Shown here: positions 37,923-48,301 of the stretch, in pieces
How positions within the stretch are numbered: the first letter of the stretch is position 1
Layout of the letters: the number at the start of each line of letters is the position of its first letter
IMG/VR virus record: IMGVR_UViG_3300042868_010004
Span: 64,001-128,000 of that record
Strand: one strand, 5' to 3'
Length of the DNA stretch: 64,000 nt
Source of the DNA: a virus
Notes under the pieces: model-generated
What the model saw: the letters and a program-made list of their open reading frames with translations, nothing else
What the model was told of the DNA's origin: nothing
Database searches by the model: none
Program-made: the position numbers and the translations under genes

Positions 37923-38327
37923 TTAGTTTGGCATTCTAAATGTCTTGTCAATATGCTCTCGAACCTTCTTCTGGGCGGCAATCTTGGGGCGGGGATCGTC
38001 AGGATGGTTGATTCCCCGGCGTTTCTTGGAATACTCGTCAAAGAATTTTATCTTAACGGGGTCCATGCCGAGTTTCTGTTCCCGCTTGGCCGACATTTCG
38101 GCGGAACAGTCGGAGATGTCGCCGATTTTGACTTTTTTATTCTCAAATTGGTTGACGAACTGACTCTGGGAGAATGGGTCGGCCTTGGTATTTGAGGAAG
38201 TATAAGGAATGTTGAATACCCGATTCCATTTCAGACCATCTGAATCAAAATAAACATGCGGGTCGTTGGCGTTCTGAGAAACGTCAATAATTTCGCCGGT
38301 TTCCGGATGTTGGTAGGTATATATCAT
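37923..38327 (-). CDS. Hypothetical protein (FmdB-like N-terminus without Cys)
   Basis: MIYTYQHPETGEIIDV; GTGTAA 24 nt upstream. Confidence 0.6.
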   Translation of the reverse strand: MIYTYQHPETGEIIDVSQNANDPHVYFDSDGLKWNRVFNIPYTSSNTKADPFSQSQFVNQFENKKVKIGDISDCSAEMSAKREQKLGMDPVKIKFFDEYSKKRRGINHPDDPRPKIAAQKKVREHIDKTFRMPN

Positions 38328-38361
38328 GTGCCTTATTCCTGAATAAAGAGATTACACGGAA

Positions 38362-38754
38362 TCAATCCGAGATAGAATTAGAAGAAGTAATTTTACTCAG
38401 TTCTCGACTCTTTAGGCTAATATCCAAATTAATTTGTTTGATAGTCTCCATGATTTTATTTTTATTTTGAATAGCGTTTTGCCAAAGCCTCTCAGATGCA
38501 AACATTCTTTTGATTTGTAGAATTCTCCCCGGCCAAATTTTGTTAGTTTCACCAAATATTCCATCAGAAATAGGTTGAATCTCGTTCCTTTGGATCTTAT
38601 TATTTAGACTTACTTCTGATTGATAGCAAGAAAACAACTCGTTTTCACTTTCCGAAAGACTTAAAAACATTAATCTTAGTCCGGGTAATTTAGATTCAAG
38701 AAAAGAGATTTCATCCTTTAATTCATTGACTTTTTTGATTACAGAATTTTGCAT
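38362..38754 (-). CDS. Hypothetical coiled-coil protein
   Basis: 130-aa ORF overlapping the end of the upstream GT. Confidence 0.5.
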   Translation of the reverse strand: MQNSVIKKVNELKDEISFLESKLPGLRLMFLSLSESENELFSCYQSEVSLNNKIQRNEIQPISDGIFGETNKIWPGRILQIKRMFASERLWQNAIQNKNKIMETIKQINLDISLKSRELSKITSSNSISD

Positions 38755-39830
38755 AAAATTGCATCAACGGTCTTTTTCCATGTAAAATCAGTTTGAATTT
38801 TTAACCCGGCCTCATTGATTTTATTTTTCAGTCTTTTTTCTAGCGCGCGGTCCATGGCAGAAGAGAACGAATTTGAGTCCCATGAAAAAAAATTTCCCTG
38901 ATTCCATCCCGAGCCTTTAACGAAAAATTTATTGTCATAACAGGGGACTTTACCGTCCGGTTCAATCAAATCCGCCCCGCCGACAGAAGCCCATTCCTTC
39001 AATCCCATGGTGTTTGGCCCGACCATATACTTTCCTAATCCGAGACAATGAAACGACGGCAAACTCCATCCCTCATTCGCCCCGCCATCCAAGACGATAT
39101 TGCAGCAGTTGAAGGCTTCGTTCAGTTGAGTCTGATTCGCTAGATATGGATAGATCGTAACATTAAAATACTTCTTCCCGCCCATGAACTTGTCGATCAG
39201 CCCGGCGTTCTCTTCCGGCTTGAGATGGACATTATGAACATGGAGATGCAGACGATGTTTTGGGTTATTACCGAACTTCTCAAGCCAGAGGGGTATTACT
39301 TTATGGTGCCACTTCCGGGCTTCAAGTTTTCCGCAAATCAGCCAGACGGTGACATCATCGGGCAGATACTTTTTATTGGTTGTATAGAAGTGTATGGGGT
39401 CGAATCCGAGGGGAATGTTATGAACCGGGACTTCGACCCCGTAATTCAAAAAAGTCTGGCGGGTTTCTTCATTTGTAACAAAGATTTGATCTTGATTGTT
39501 CAGAATATTGACTTCGTTCGGGGTTAATTCGTCTAGTTCATGGAAGGTCAGCAAGTTTTGGCGCTCGCCCACGGATTGTTCCGCCGACTGAATGTGCCAG
39601 AGTTTGAGCGTGGGATTCTTCCGTGAGTAGGAGGATAGGAATGAATTCGCCTTGGAGGTTAGTAGAGCCTTATCTTCCTCTTTTGCTTTCGAGAAGGATT
39701 GGAAATCCATTTGTCCGATTGGACAGAAATCAAAGGGCTGTCCGCGCCGGATTAGTTCTTGGGCGATGTTGAAGCCGACTGACCCAAAGGACACGGAATT
39801 TTGGGGCGCGTTGAAGTTGATTTTTTGCAT
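38739..39830 (-). CDS. GT4-type glycosyltransferase
   Basis: IPLGFDP, GKLEARKW, NEGWSLP, FTWKKTV. Confidence 0.75.
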   Translation of the reverse strand: MQKINFNAPQNSVSFGSVGFNIAQELIRRGQPFDFCPIGQMDFQSFSKAKEEDKALLTSKANSFLSSYSRKNPTLKLWHIQSAEQSVGERQNLLTFHELDELTPNEVNILNNQDQIFVTNEETRQTFLNYGVEVPVHNIPLGFDPIHFYTTNKKYLPDDVTVWLICGKLEARKWHHKVIPLWLEKFGNNPKHRLHLHVHNVHLKPEENAGLIDKFMGGKKYFNVTIYPYLANQTQLNEAFNCCNIVLDGGANEGWSLPSFHCLGLGKYMVGPNTMGLKEWASVGGADLIEPDGKVPCYDNKFFVKGSGWNQGNFFSWDSNSFSSAMDRALEKRLKNKINEAGLKIQTDFTWKKTVDAILCKIL

Positions 39831-39841
39831 ATATAGATTGT

Positions 39842-40270
39842 TTATCGTTTTTTGTAAAAATTCTCTTTGGCAACCCTAATTCTCTCTAAAAGCTCTGGAT
39901 TTTCCATATTGTTTCCAATAATTTCCGCTAGCTGTTCTTCTGGCTCCATATAATCATGCCAAATATTCCCCGCACACCAATTAGAAATTACTAGACCAAG
40001 ATCTTTATAATTATCTCCAACACAAAGAACGTCGCCTTCGTAAATTTCTTTTCCATTCTTATCTTTTGATCCGGTGAATTGTTGGATAACTAGCTTGTCT
40101 GGCATCACCAATTCATTGAATGAATTTCGGACTAGACAGCCCTGTTCCAGCAGATTCCGAAAATAATTGGTTGATTGGTGGGTCGGAGTTAGTGGGTGGA
40201 TATCATTAGAGGTAACCCATTCTTTATTTTCCGTATCCCATACTCGAAATTTGATTTGTCTGTTTGTCAT
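39842..40270 (-). CDS. YopX family protein
   Basis: RQIKFRVWD...QFTGSKDKNGKEIYEGDV...IIGN..ENPELL. Confidence 0.85.
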   Translation of the reverse strand: MTNRQIKFRVWDTENKEWVTSNDIHPLTPTHQSTNYFRNLLEQGCLVRNSFNELVMPDKLVIQQFTGSKDKNGKEIYEGDVLCVGDNYKDLGLVISNWCAGNIWHDYMEPEEQLAEIIGNNMENPELLERIRVAKENFYKKR

Positions 40271-40273
40271 AAA

Positions 40274-40888
40274 TTAAAATTTCCGCCCGACTAATTCCTT
40301 CCCAACCTTCTCCCGGATTTTCTTCTGAATAGTCCGTGCAGAAACAATACAGCCCTGTTTTGACGTTCCTTCCGACTCGGCAATAGCCTTCCATTTCCCG
40401 AGCGCCGAATTGTCCCCATGGTCGAGAAACCGCTTGCGGAAAACCCTTTGTTTTCTAGGAGTCATGGTTCGAACCACCTGCTGTATGACCGCGATGCCGT
40501 CTCTGGCCTCCAACTCCGAATGCAGGCTCGGCATCTTGGCGGGCAGAATGTCGAAATTAATTTCATCCCATGATTCATTCTTGGCGAATTTGTTCTTATC
40601 TTTAATAATTTGTAAACACCTGTTCCGTGTGACCGATCCGAGGAAGGTTCCGAATGCGCCTCTCGCTGGATCGTAACCTAGTGCCGCTGAGTAGACCGTA
40701 TAGGGCTTTTCGTCCAAGCTTTCTTGGTAGGAAAAATGCGGGGAGTTTAAATAGGGCTTGGTGCAGGTATGGTAAATGCCGGAATGGCGACTCATTAGTT
40801 CGGTAACAGCCAAGCTATCGGCCTCCTCTTTGACTTTTCGGACCAATTCTAAATCGGGAACGGAGGAGAGGGACGGGGGCGTATACAT
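40274..40888 (-). CDS. Phage RNA polymerase sigma factor (ECF/late type)
   Basis: DLELVRKVK..AVTELMSRHSGIY; YDPARGAFGTFL (region 2); C-terminal HTH. Confidence 0.8.
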   Translation of the reverse strand: MYTPPSLSSVPDLELVRKVKEEADSLAVTELMSRHSGIYHTCTKPYLNSPHFSYQESLDEKPYTVYSAALGYDPARGAFGTFLGSVTRNRCLQIIKDKNKFAKNESWDEINFDILPAKMPSLHSELEARDGIAVIQQVVRTMTPRKQRVFRKRFLDHGDNSALGKWKAIAESEGTSKQGCIVSARTIQKKIREKVGKELVGRKF

Positions 40889-40891
40889 ACC

Positions 40892-41278
40892 TTAAAGAAT
40901 TCTCATTTTCTTGATAAGAGGTAGCAAATAAGAAAAACTTGAATCAAAAAATACTAGAGAGTCATTACCCCTTTCGATAAAGGGGATCAAAGAAGAACCG
41001 AAAATTTCCGGATTACCCAAATCCTCGCTGTATAAAACGTAAATCTGGTCCTCAAAAATTGATACAAATGCGGTCTTTTTGCATTTTTTGAGCTGTTTGA
41101 TGGCATTCTCTACAATGTTTTTAGCCGCTTTTTTGTTATCGTCAAAGTCCTGATTCCCAGCATAGTCAAAAGTATAAGCCAAGGCTGCTGCTGCCTCGTT
41201 ATTTTCCCAGCTAAAACCAATAGGAAAGAAGGTGATTCGACCTAATTTGCTATTGAGTGATATTTGCTGGTAGCTCAT
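40892..41278 (-). CDS. Hypothetical protein
   Basis: 128-aa ORF after TTGACT..TATAAC on the minus strand. Confidence 0.6.
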   Translation of the reverse strand: MSYQQISLNSKLGRITFFPIGFSWENNEAAAALAYTFDYAGNQDFDDNKKAAKNIVENAIKQLKKCKKTAFVSIFEDQIYVLYSEDLGNPEIFGSSLIPFIERGNDSLVFFDSSFSYLLPLIKKMRIL

Positions 41279-41314
41279 ACGTTCTGTCCCACGTTATATT
41301 TTAACCGAAAAAAG

Positions 41315-42607
41315 TCAAGTCTTAATTTTGACTTCTGGCTTATATCCATACTTAGTGATAAATTCCTGTTCCATGATTAGCCGGACTCGGCCCGCATGTT
41401 GCTTTTTACAAATTACTGCATCATGAATAGGGATCGCCGTAATATCTTCGCTTAAAAGCCTAAAGAAAACTCCATCAAACATAAGGTCGGCTTCCATACT
41501 TTGAAGTTTAATTGAAAATTTGCTATTGCTGATATGTTTTTCGCTTTCAATGATTTCGTGAAGATGGGGGAAAAGTTGTTTGAACATTACCAGTTTGGAA
41601 GAGTCATTCTGCCTTGGGTAATCGTAAAAGATTTGCGCAATACAACCGATTTTAAATTTTTGATATTTTTCATCCGTTGATATATCCGATTTAATCTTAT
41701 CTGCTAAAAATTTGTAAAAGCCCTCATCAAGTGCCGCGTGGTATTCTTTTTTTTCTTTTTCAAAGCCGGGCTCATAAAACGACATACAGAGCCAAGGGTG
41801 ACAGGCGGAAAAATCAACCTCTGTTGTCGGCTCTCCATCAATCAGGATGGCCGAACGGGACTCTCTCGGCATACAAGTCAGACTGTGGAATCGCCGCCCG
41901 CTCTTTTTGTCTTCCTTGAAGAAAATATTGCCGGACTCAATCTCGGTCAGGTGGGCATAAGCCGCAAAGAAGTCATTTCCGCCAAATTTTTTCGCTAATT
42001 CCTCGGGGCTATCCGAAAGAGTGACGGATTTCAGGTTTCGGTAAACCGCCTGATTGAATAAATTCTTATCCTGACTCAAAAATATCTCCGTCTCTTTATT
42101 GTTCACCCGACCAATCAGCTTTCCAGTGTATTTAACTCTCCATTTTTCGGGGCTCTCTTCGGCTTTTTGGGTCAGGCGGTAGGCCAGAGTCTTTCCTTCG
42201 GAAATAGAGTAGATGTTGTCACACTCGATCAGCCCAAGAGACAAAAGATCCCCAATCACTAAATCGGTGTCGCGCGAGCCAAACAGAATTTCTAAATTTT
42301 TTCTGCTAAATCCGACCCACTTCTGATTTCTTTCCCATAAATCCGCTTCATACCGCATTAAGTTGTATCGGTTTAGAATTTCCTTTAAGAATACCAGAGA
42401 TTTGATTTTTACCAAATCGGATTCCGGTCCTTCTGTCAGACGAATTAAATTTTCTTCCGAAAGCAAAACAACAATAGAATTATCTGAGTTCAATCTATGA
42501 TCAAGACATAATCCATCAATGATAGGAGAGTAGAAGAGGTTAGGTATGTTAGAACCCTTAAGAAGATATGTATGATGCTTAGAAAGAGACATGGATGAAA
42601 CAAACAA
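41315..42607 (-). CDS. Minimal family-A (PolA/T7-like palm) polymerase-like protein
   Basis: GRRFH, EVDFSACHP (motif A), LQSMEA, IPIHDAVI (motif C); no exonuclease motifs. Confidence 0.65.
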   Translation of the reverse strand: MFVSSMSLSKHHTYLLKGSNIPNLFYSPIIDGLCLDHRLNSDNSIVVLLSEENLIRLTEGPESDLVKIKSLVFLKEILNRYNLMRYEADLWERNQKWVGFSRKNLEILFGSRDTDLVIGDLLSLGLIECDNIYSISEGKTLAYRLTQKAEESPEKWRVKYTGKLIGRVNNKETEIFLSQDKNLFNQAVYRNLKSVTLSDSPEELAKKFGGNDFFAAYAHLTEIESGNIFFKEDKKSGRRFHSLTCMPRESRSAILIDGEPTTEVDFSACHPWLCMSFYEPGFEKEKKEYHAALDEGFYKFLADKIKSDISTDEKYQKFKIGCIAQIFYDYPRQNDSSKLVMFKQLFPHLHEIIESEKHISNSKFSIKLQSMEADLMFDGVFFRLLSEDITAIPIHDAVICKKQHAGRVRLIMEQEFITKYGYKPEVKIKT

Positions 42608-42759
42608 ACCAATAGCTATCCTACGGATATACCAGCCTATAAGAACTGTAATTTTCCGATTTACCTAGGTAGTGTTTTTGAAATTTGAGCCAAAAGTCAA
42701 GGTTTTTAACTAAAATTCAGGCTTGACTCAATCCGAAAACTATCAAATAATGCCTTAAC

Positions 42760-42972
42760 TTGACAACTCCGACCCCAATCCAGCTCCGAACAACTTCCGG
42801 CGGAAAAGTCCTCTTTTATGGCCTGAGTCGGAATAAGGGCGTGGTCTGGATTCTTTGGGAGGGTCGGTCAACTCACATTCTGATTTCAGATTTGGACTCT
42901 GAATCTCAGGCCCGAGTTCAGGCAATCCTAGTTCAGACCTTAGCGGCGGAGCGGGCAGGCAAACCGAATTAA
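42760..42972 (+). CDS. Small early hypothetical protein
   Basis: Follows TTGACT-N17-AATAAT at 42724; TTG start. Confidence 0.5.
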   Translation: MTTPTPIQLRTTSGGKVLFYGLSRNKGVVWILWEGRSTHILISDLDSESQARVQAILVQTLAAERAGKPN

Positions 42973-42982
42973 ATAAAAAAAT

Positions 42983-43183
42983 ATGAAAATTACGATAAAC
43001 CAACAAAGGCGTTCTCGTTGTCCAAGTGCAAGCGCAGATATTAGTTTTGGATCTATTAGAGAGATGGAAGATTTTTTGGCCGCTTTGAGCGAAATTAAAG
43101 AGCGGGCGGAACGGCATCCAGCCAATCCAAAAGAAATTTCTTGGCCAATCAATTCGGTTATTTCGAATTATTTTGAGAAATGA
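42983..43183 (+). CDS. Hypothetical protein
   Basis: 66 aa, ATGA-coupled to the next gene. Confidence 0.6.
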   Translation: MKITINQQRRSRCPSASADISFGSIREMEDFLAALSEIKERAERHPANPKEISWPINSVISNYFEK

Positions 43184-43395
43184 AATTATTCGGTCAACCA
43201 CCCCGCGATCCAGCGCGGATTGATGAAATACTAGCGGACTTAGGGAAGATCTGGAAGAAATACCCAGATTTTCGTTTCTACCAACTATTGAATCTGTTCG
43301 AAATGGAATACGCGAAAAGAGATAAGTTCTATGTAGAGGATTCGGATTTGCAGATTGGGATTGACAAATTTAAGAAATTAAGAGGAATTAACTAA
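43180..43395 (+). CDS. RDPxRI..IWKKYPD-family phage protein
   Basis: RDPARIDEILADLGKIWKKYPDFRFYQLL. Confidence 0.7.
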   Translation: MKLFGQPPRDPARIDEILADLGKIWKKYPDFRFYQLLNLFEMEYAKRDKFYVEDSDLQIGIDKFKKLRGIN

Positions 43396-43396
43396 A

Positions 43397-43591
43397 ATGA
43401 TGCAACAAAATTCAATTACAATTGACGGTTTTATTGAAAATCTAGACTCATTGACCATCGGAAAGCAGGAGTTATCCGACTTTCTGTATTTCTCCATCGG
43501 AGGCCGAACGGCGAAATACGATATTCTATCTCAGACGGAGAACCGTGATGGCAATTTAGATCTAAAAGTTAAATTTATTGGGTATGAATAA
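43397..43591 (+). CDS. Hypothetical protein
   Basis: 64-aa ORF in a tight operon. Confidence 0.6.
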   Translation: MMQQNSITIDGFIENLDSLTIGKQELSDFLYFSIGGRTAKYDILSQTENRDGNLDLKVKFIGYE

Positions 43592-43599
43592 ATTCCAAA

Positions 43600-44004
43600 A
43601 TGGCAATTAAAATTATAGAGACCGGCGGATTCAGAGGTAGGACAAAAGTGTATCGAGGTGCGGAGGCACAAGGTATTGTTAATAAAGCGTTAGGCATTAG
43701 TTTTACTAATTATGATAATACGATTATGAATAAAAACTGGTTTAAATGCAAAGACACTCGTCCCTTTATCGACATCGCGCTTTTCTCCGCTGATTTCTGG
43801 GGTCATTCATACTGGTCTCATGACGAGACTGCAAATGAATTACATTATATCTTGCATTTCGTAGATGACGACATTCTGCCGGAAGAACTCTGTAAAGTCG
43901 GCCCGGACGAGGCTCTGGAATTATTCCGGCTGATCGAGAAATACGGATACGATAAAGAGAATTATCTCGCGGTTCAGAACTGGGCGGCAGAACGGAGTTA
44001 TTGA
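43600..44004 (+). CDS. Hypothetical protein
   Basis: 134-aa ORF in a tight operon. Confidence 0.65.
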   Translation: MAIKIIETGGFRGRTKVYRGAEAQGIVNKALGISFTNYDNTIMNKNWFKCKDTRPFIDIALFSADFWGHSYWSHDETANELHYILHFVDDDILPEELCKVGPDEALELFRLIEKYGYDKENYLAVQNWAAERSY

Positions 44005-44060
44005 TTTCTCCCTTTACTTTCCGTCTTGACAAGAAGTATAAAGAATTTTAATCTCAGCCC

Positions 44061-44306
44061 ATGCTCGACCTCCTAAAGGAAAAAGAAGAAAGATCGGTCC
44101 AGATTAATCGGATTCTGACCCGCTTGTTTGAAATTTGGAAAAAATACCCGAATCTAAAATTCAACCAACTGATTTATTATATTAATTCAGCGGGCGAAAT
44201 TGGAGAACAGGATTTTTTCTTTATCACTGATGAGGAATTTGAAGAGGATATGGAGCGAGCGACAAGCGCGGGTGGGCAACTTACACGCGGGGAGGATTCG
44301 GAATGA
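44061..44306 (+). CDS. Paralog of 43180-43395
   Basis: INRILTRLFEIWKKYPNLKFNQLI; TTGACA promoter at 44027. Confidence 0.7.
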   Translation: MLDLLKEKEERSVQINRILTRLFEIWKKYPNLKFNQLIYYINSAGEIGEQDFFFITDEEFEEDMERATSAGGQLTRGEDSE

Positions 44307-45169
44307 AGACTTATCGAGCCTTTGGCTGGGAAGGGCAGACGGGGCAAATACAGAGAATCCGACAAGGCTTTAATGAATTGGGCTGGACGGAGACAGGGAT
44401 TGAACCGGATTTCATTTACTCGAATGATGTGGGAAGCCATCCGGAAGCGATCAAGGCGAAAAAACAATGGCCGAAAGCCAAGCTGATTCTGAATGTTTTG
44501 GATATACCGGAGTTTTTGTTGCCTCATGGATATAATTTGGATGCCGCTCGGGAGCTTCTGGGTTATGCGGATGTTGTAACCTCTATTTCCAAACATACAC
44601 AGGGGCAGGTTAAGAAATTTTTCGGGTTGGATAGTTCGATCATTTATCAACCCAGTATGATTAGTGGGCCATGCGCTTCCGATAAAGTCTTGCGTTATCT
44701 CAGTGTTGGGAGGCGTTATGATCCCAATAAATTGTATTCCGTTGTTCAGCAAGTATTTGCGAATGGGCTGAATCCAGAGGAGCTAGTTGAAATCGGCCCG
44801 GATCATGGCTCAATTGGAAAGTATGTTGGGGTGATTTCAGAGGCTGAACTTTCCGAGTATTATTGCGGGGCCGACTTTTCTTTTTCTTTGGGTCGGGAAG
44901 AAGGATTAAACCTCCCCGTTTGCGAGGCGGCAATCTGTGGCTGCATTCCGGTAATTAATGCCCAACTCACTACGCGAGAAGAACTTCTACCACGAGAAGT
45001 CTTTCCGGAGTATAATTATACGGAGACAACCAAGGAAAGCCTGATTAAGTTCGTCAGAGAGGTCGATGTCATCCATCTTAGTGAAAAGCTAGTTGACTAT
45101 TTTGATTCAGAACACAAGAATAAATTCACCCCTGTTGGTGTCGCTTCCAAAATCCTTTCCGCTATTTAA
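44303..45169 (+). CDS. GT4-type glycosyltransferase
   Basis: EEGLNLPVCEAAICGC (E-x7-E motif). Confidence 0.7.
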   Translation: MKTYRAFGWEGQTGQIQRIRQGFNELGWTETGIEPDFIYSNDVGSHPEAIKAKKQWPKAKLILNVLDIPEFLLPHGYNLDAARELLGYADVVTSISKHTQGQVKKFFGLDSSIIYQPSMISGPCASDKVLRYLSVGRRYDPNKLYSVVQQVFANGLNPEELVEIGPDHGSIGKYVGVISEAELSEYYCGADFSFSLGREEGLNLPVCEAAICGCIPVINAQLTTREELLPREVFPEYNYTETTKESLIKFVREVDVIHLSEKLVDYFDSEHKNKFTPVGVASKILSAI

Positions 45170-45175
45170 TTCCGC

Positions 45176-45550
45176 ATGCAAACCGTTGAATTGACCGTCC
45201 CGACCTCATTCGCCTACGACTATCTTTCAATATTGCAGATAAAGTGGTATCAGAGCAAGGATGATAAGGCTTTAGAGAATTTTGATAGGTGTTATCTTGA
45301 ATTAATCTCTAAACTTGGAGAGGTTTTGGCAAAGGATGTCTATTGGTCGCCAGAATATGAGGAGTTGTTTCGGGAAAACTTAAAAATTTTTCAATTAGTG
45401 GATGAATTAAAGAAGAATCCTGAGATTTTGGCAATTACTGTCGATCAACATAACTGGAATCGGGCGCAAATTAAGAAGAGAATTCAAGAAAAGTTTTTTG
45501 GTGGCGGGGCAGTCGAGCAAAAGTTTGGTTACGCGGAGGAAATTAAATAA
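45176..45550 (+). CDS. Hypothetical protein of the glycan cluster
   Basis: 124 aa, coupled to the PLP enzyme gene. Confidence 0.65.
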   Translation: MQTVELTVPTSFAYDYLSILQIKWYQSKDDKALENFDRCYLELISKLGEVLAKDVYWSPEYEELFRENLKIFQLVDELKKNPEILAITVDQHNWNRAQIKKRIQEKFFGGGAVEQKFGYAEEIK

Positions 45551-46806
45551 TGAGTCAGAAGAAATATAATTGGCCGCTCGGGCACTCCAGTATGACCTTC
45601 CTTGACAAGCTCAAGATTGGAAAATTCCTGCTAACCAATGATAAATGGACGGTCGGGCCGGAGATTGAAAAATATGAGAAGAAATGGTCGGAATACACGG
45701 GCTGCAAGTATGTCGTCATGGTTCACTCTGGAAGCGCCGCTAACGAGATGATCGCCCTGCGCCGCCGCGACCAATTAATCAAGCAGGGTAAATGGATTCC
45801 GGGGCAGAATAAGGTTTTATTTAATGTTGTGAATTGGATTAGCTCGGTCTCGGTTTTTTCTAACCTGTCCTTCAAGCCGGTTTTTGTTGATGTTGACTTA
45901 TCAAATCTTAATCCATCCGTTGAACAAATTGAAAGTAAGCTGAAGGCCGATCCGGAGATTAAAACCGTTTTTTACACCACTCTTCTCGGTCAATCTTGTG
46001 ATTTGGAGAAACTTATTTATGTTTGCTCTATTTATGGCGCGGAACTTTTTCTAGATAATTGCGAGTCATCTTTTTCGTGGGAAATCTTTAATAAGGCTGA
46101 TCCGTTTTGCCATCAGAAGGTGCATTTTTGTAACCTAACTCTTTCATCTACAAGTATTTACGCCAGTCATTATACTAGCGGGTTGCAGGAAGGCGGATTG
46201 CTTTTCGCGCAAGACGAGGAGACTTATGAATGGCTGAAAATGATGCGCAATCATGGTATGACTCGTGGGATGCCAGATAAATACCGCAATCCATTAGTCG
46301 ATCCGTCATTCGATTTCAACGTGATGGGTTCAAATTATCGGACGACGAATCTGATTGCTTATATGCATTCACTGGATTTTGACCGTTCGCTTAAATGGTC
46401 GGAAGAAAATCGCCGGAATATTGCGGGATATTTTTATTCAAATATCAATCCGGTTAAATGGGACCGGATGCAGCCAATTATTACAAACAAGTTTGACCGA
46501 CCGATTTTTAATCATTCAGCCCGCAGTGGCCACATTCCACTTGCTCTCCCAATTATCAAGCACCCCGATTATCAAGACGGTGAACTAATCGGGAAAGTTA
46601 AAGGTTATCTGTCGGCGGTTGGAGTCGGTTATCGCGGACTCGTCGGATCGAACCTGCTTTACCATACAGCATTTCAGGGACTCGGCAACCCAAAAGATTA
46701 CCCGAACGCAGATTATTTGCATCATAATTCGATTTATATTGGGCTCCACGCTGGGGTTGATTCAAAAATGGCCGTGAGTCTGGCAAAAGAACTTTCAAAA
46801 CTCTAA
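45550..46806 (+). CDS. DegT/DnrJ-fold PLP enzyme, ColD-like 3-dehydratase
   Basis: HSGSAAN, LDNCES, SIYASHYTSGLQEGG with His at the usual Schiff-base Lys position. Confidence 0.8.
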   Translation: MSQKKYNWPLGHSSMTFLDKLKIGKFLLTNDKWTVGPEIEKYEKKWSEYTGCKYVVMVHSGSAANEMIALRRRDQLIKQGKWIPGQNKVLFNVVNWISSVSVFSNLSFKPVFVDVDLSNLNPSVEQIESKLKADPEIKTVFYTTLLGQSCDLEKLIYVCSIYGAELFLDNCESSFSWEIFNKADPFCHQKVHFCNLTLSSTSIYASHYTSGLQEGGLLFAQDEETYEWLKMMRNHGMTRGMPDKYRNPLVDPSFDFNVMGSNYRTTNLIAYMHSLDFDRSLKWSEENRRNIAGYFYSNINPVKWDRMQPIITNKFDRPIFNHSARSGHIPLALPIIKHPDYQDGELIGKVKGYLSAVGVGYRGLVGSNLLYHTAFQGLGNPKDYPNADYLHHNSIYIGLHAGVDSKMAVSLAKELSKL

Positions 46807-46808
46807 AA

Positions 46809-47402
46809 ATGCATCTACAAGATATCATTCAAAAACTAAACCCCAAGAACATTTGGGAAATCGGCGTCGGGAATCCGGATATTTGCCGGGCAAGACCCTA
46901 TCTGAACGGGCCGATTCAGTTAAAGTTATTTGAGGTTAATCCCAAGACATACAACGATTTAGTATCTGCTTACGGGCATTATCCGAATATTCGGATTAGT
47001 AATTTTGGTCTGTATGACAAAAACGGCACCATTGAATTTCTGGAAGATGGCGATTCAACCTGTTCTTCGGAGGTGGCCGCGCCGACTTTTGTTCTCGGAA
47101 CTCCGAAGATGGGTTCGGAATGGGTCGCAGCCAAGCCCCGAGTTCAAATGCAGGTCCGAGATATGGCCGAGGTCGATCCGGGCGATATTGATGTCGCGCT
47201 GATTGACACGGAAGGTTGCGAATGGAAGATTATCTCTCGGATGGTTAGCCGACCGAGATTTATGAGTATCGAAAGCCACAATGAATGGTATCGCACGCCG
47301 AATTATGAGAAATTGCTTGACTGGTTGCAGGAAAATAATTACAAGTTAATCCATACTGATGTTACCGACAGTTGGTATTTGCGTGGCGACATTAAACTTT
47401 AA
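46809..47402 (+). CDS. FkbM-type methyltransferase
   Basis: WEIGVG, FEVNP, LIDTEGCEW. Confidence 0.75.
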   Translation: MHLQDIIQKLNPKNIWEIGVGNPDICRARPYLNGPIQLKLFEVNPKTYNDLVSAYGHYPNIRISNFGLYDKNGTIEFLEDGDSTCSSEVAAPTFVLGTPKMGSEWVAAKPRVQMQVRDMAEVDPGDIDVALIDTEGCEWKIISRMVSRPRFMSIESHNEWYRTPNYEKLLDWLQENNYKLIHTDVTDSWYLRGDIKL

Positions 47403-47405
47403 CCA

Positions 47406-47759
47406 ATGATTACCCTTAAATCAACTTTTGCTCCCATGAAATTCGCCGATACAGTGCGAAATTATTTTGATGGACACGGAGAGCGATTTGATTTTCTGGA
47501 CCGTTCCGGCCATATTCACGGTGAATATCGAAAAGGTTGTCCTGTCTCTCCGGCCCCTGATGACGCAATTGGCGCTGTAAAAATTGGAGAAAGTTGGTTT
47601 TGGGTTATCAGGGGAGCGGAGAAAGAAATGCGCGATCTACATAATTCGGCACATCGTCTAGCCATTTCCCTTTCCGCCATTGTAGATTGTGGAGGAATCG
47701 GCCCGGAAGATATGTATGATGAAGCGCGGGACGCTTTGAAGCAATATAACAATCTCTAA
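47406..47759 (+). CDS. Hypothetical protein
   Basis: 117-aa ORF in operon. Confidence 0.6.
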   Translation: MITLKSTFAPMKFADTVRNYFDGHGERFDFLDRSGHIHGEYRKGCPVSPAPDDAIGAVKIGESWFWVIRGAEKEMRDLHNSAHRLAISLSAIVDCGGIGPEDMYDEARDALKQYNNL

Positions 47760-47762
47760 TTT

Positions 47763-48299
47763 ATGGACATTAAAACAAAACTCCGAACAGAAACTTCTGC
47801 CCGTGACGAAGTATTTAAAACCGCGCTGACTTACCTAAAGGGTGAGCCCGCAAGTTTCATTGAAGTGGGCTGTCTCCGCGATTTGAAAGGCCGCGCGGGC
47901 GATGGTTGGTCAACCCTTCATTGGGCGGACTATGTAGAACGGAATGGTGGCGAGCTGACCGTTGTTGATATTACGCAGGAATCTCTTGATTTGTGCAAGG
48001 GTCTGGTTGATAATTTCAACATTGAGGCGAATTTTATTTGTGATAAGGGTGAGAATCAGGTCGATTCAACCTATGATTTTGTCTATCTTGATGGTGGGGT
48101 TTGCCCGCACGAGGCACTGACTCAATTTGAAAAATGCAATACAGAAACTCAGGTCATTCTGATGGATGATTTTCATACTAAGGGAGTGATTGTCGATGAA
48201 AAATATCCGGATAAACTCCTTTTCCGGTTCTCTAATGGGCACAAGATGGCTTTGTATGGTAAGGGCGTGAAGGCGGGGGAGAAGTTTATTCAAGTCTGA
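47763..48299 (+). CDS. Class I SAM-dependent methyltransferase
   Basis: FIEVGCLR..GWST, DFVYLDG, ILMDD. Confidence 0.7.
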   Translation: MDIKTKLRTETSARDEVFKTALTYLKGEPASFIEVGCLRDLKGRAGDGWSTLHWADYVERNGGELTVVDITQESLDLCKGLVDNFNIEANFICDKGENQVDSTYDFVYLDGGVCPHEALTQFEKCNTETQVILMDDFHTKGVIVDEKYPDKLLFRFSNGHKMALYGKGVKAGEKFIQV

Positions 48300-48301
48300 A
48301 A

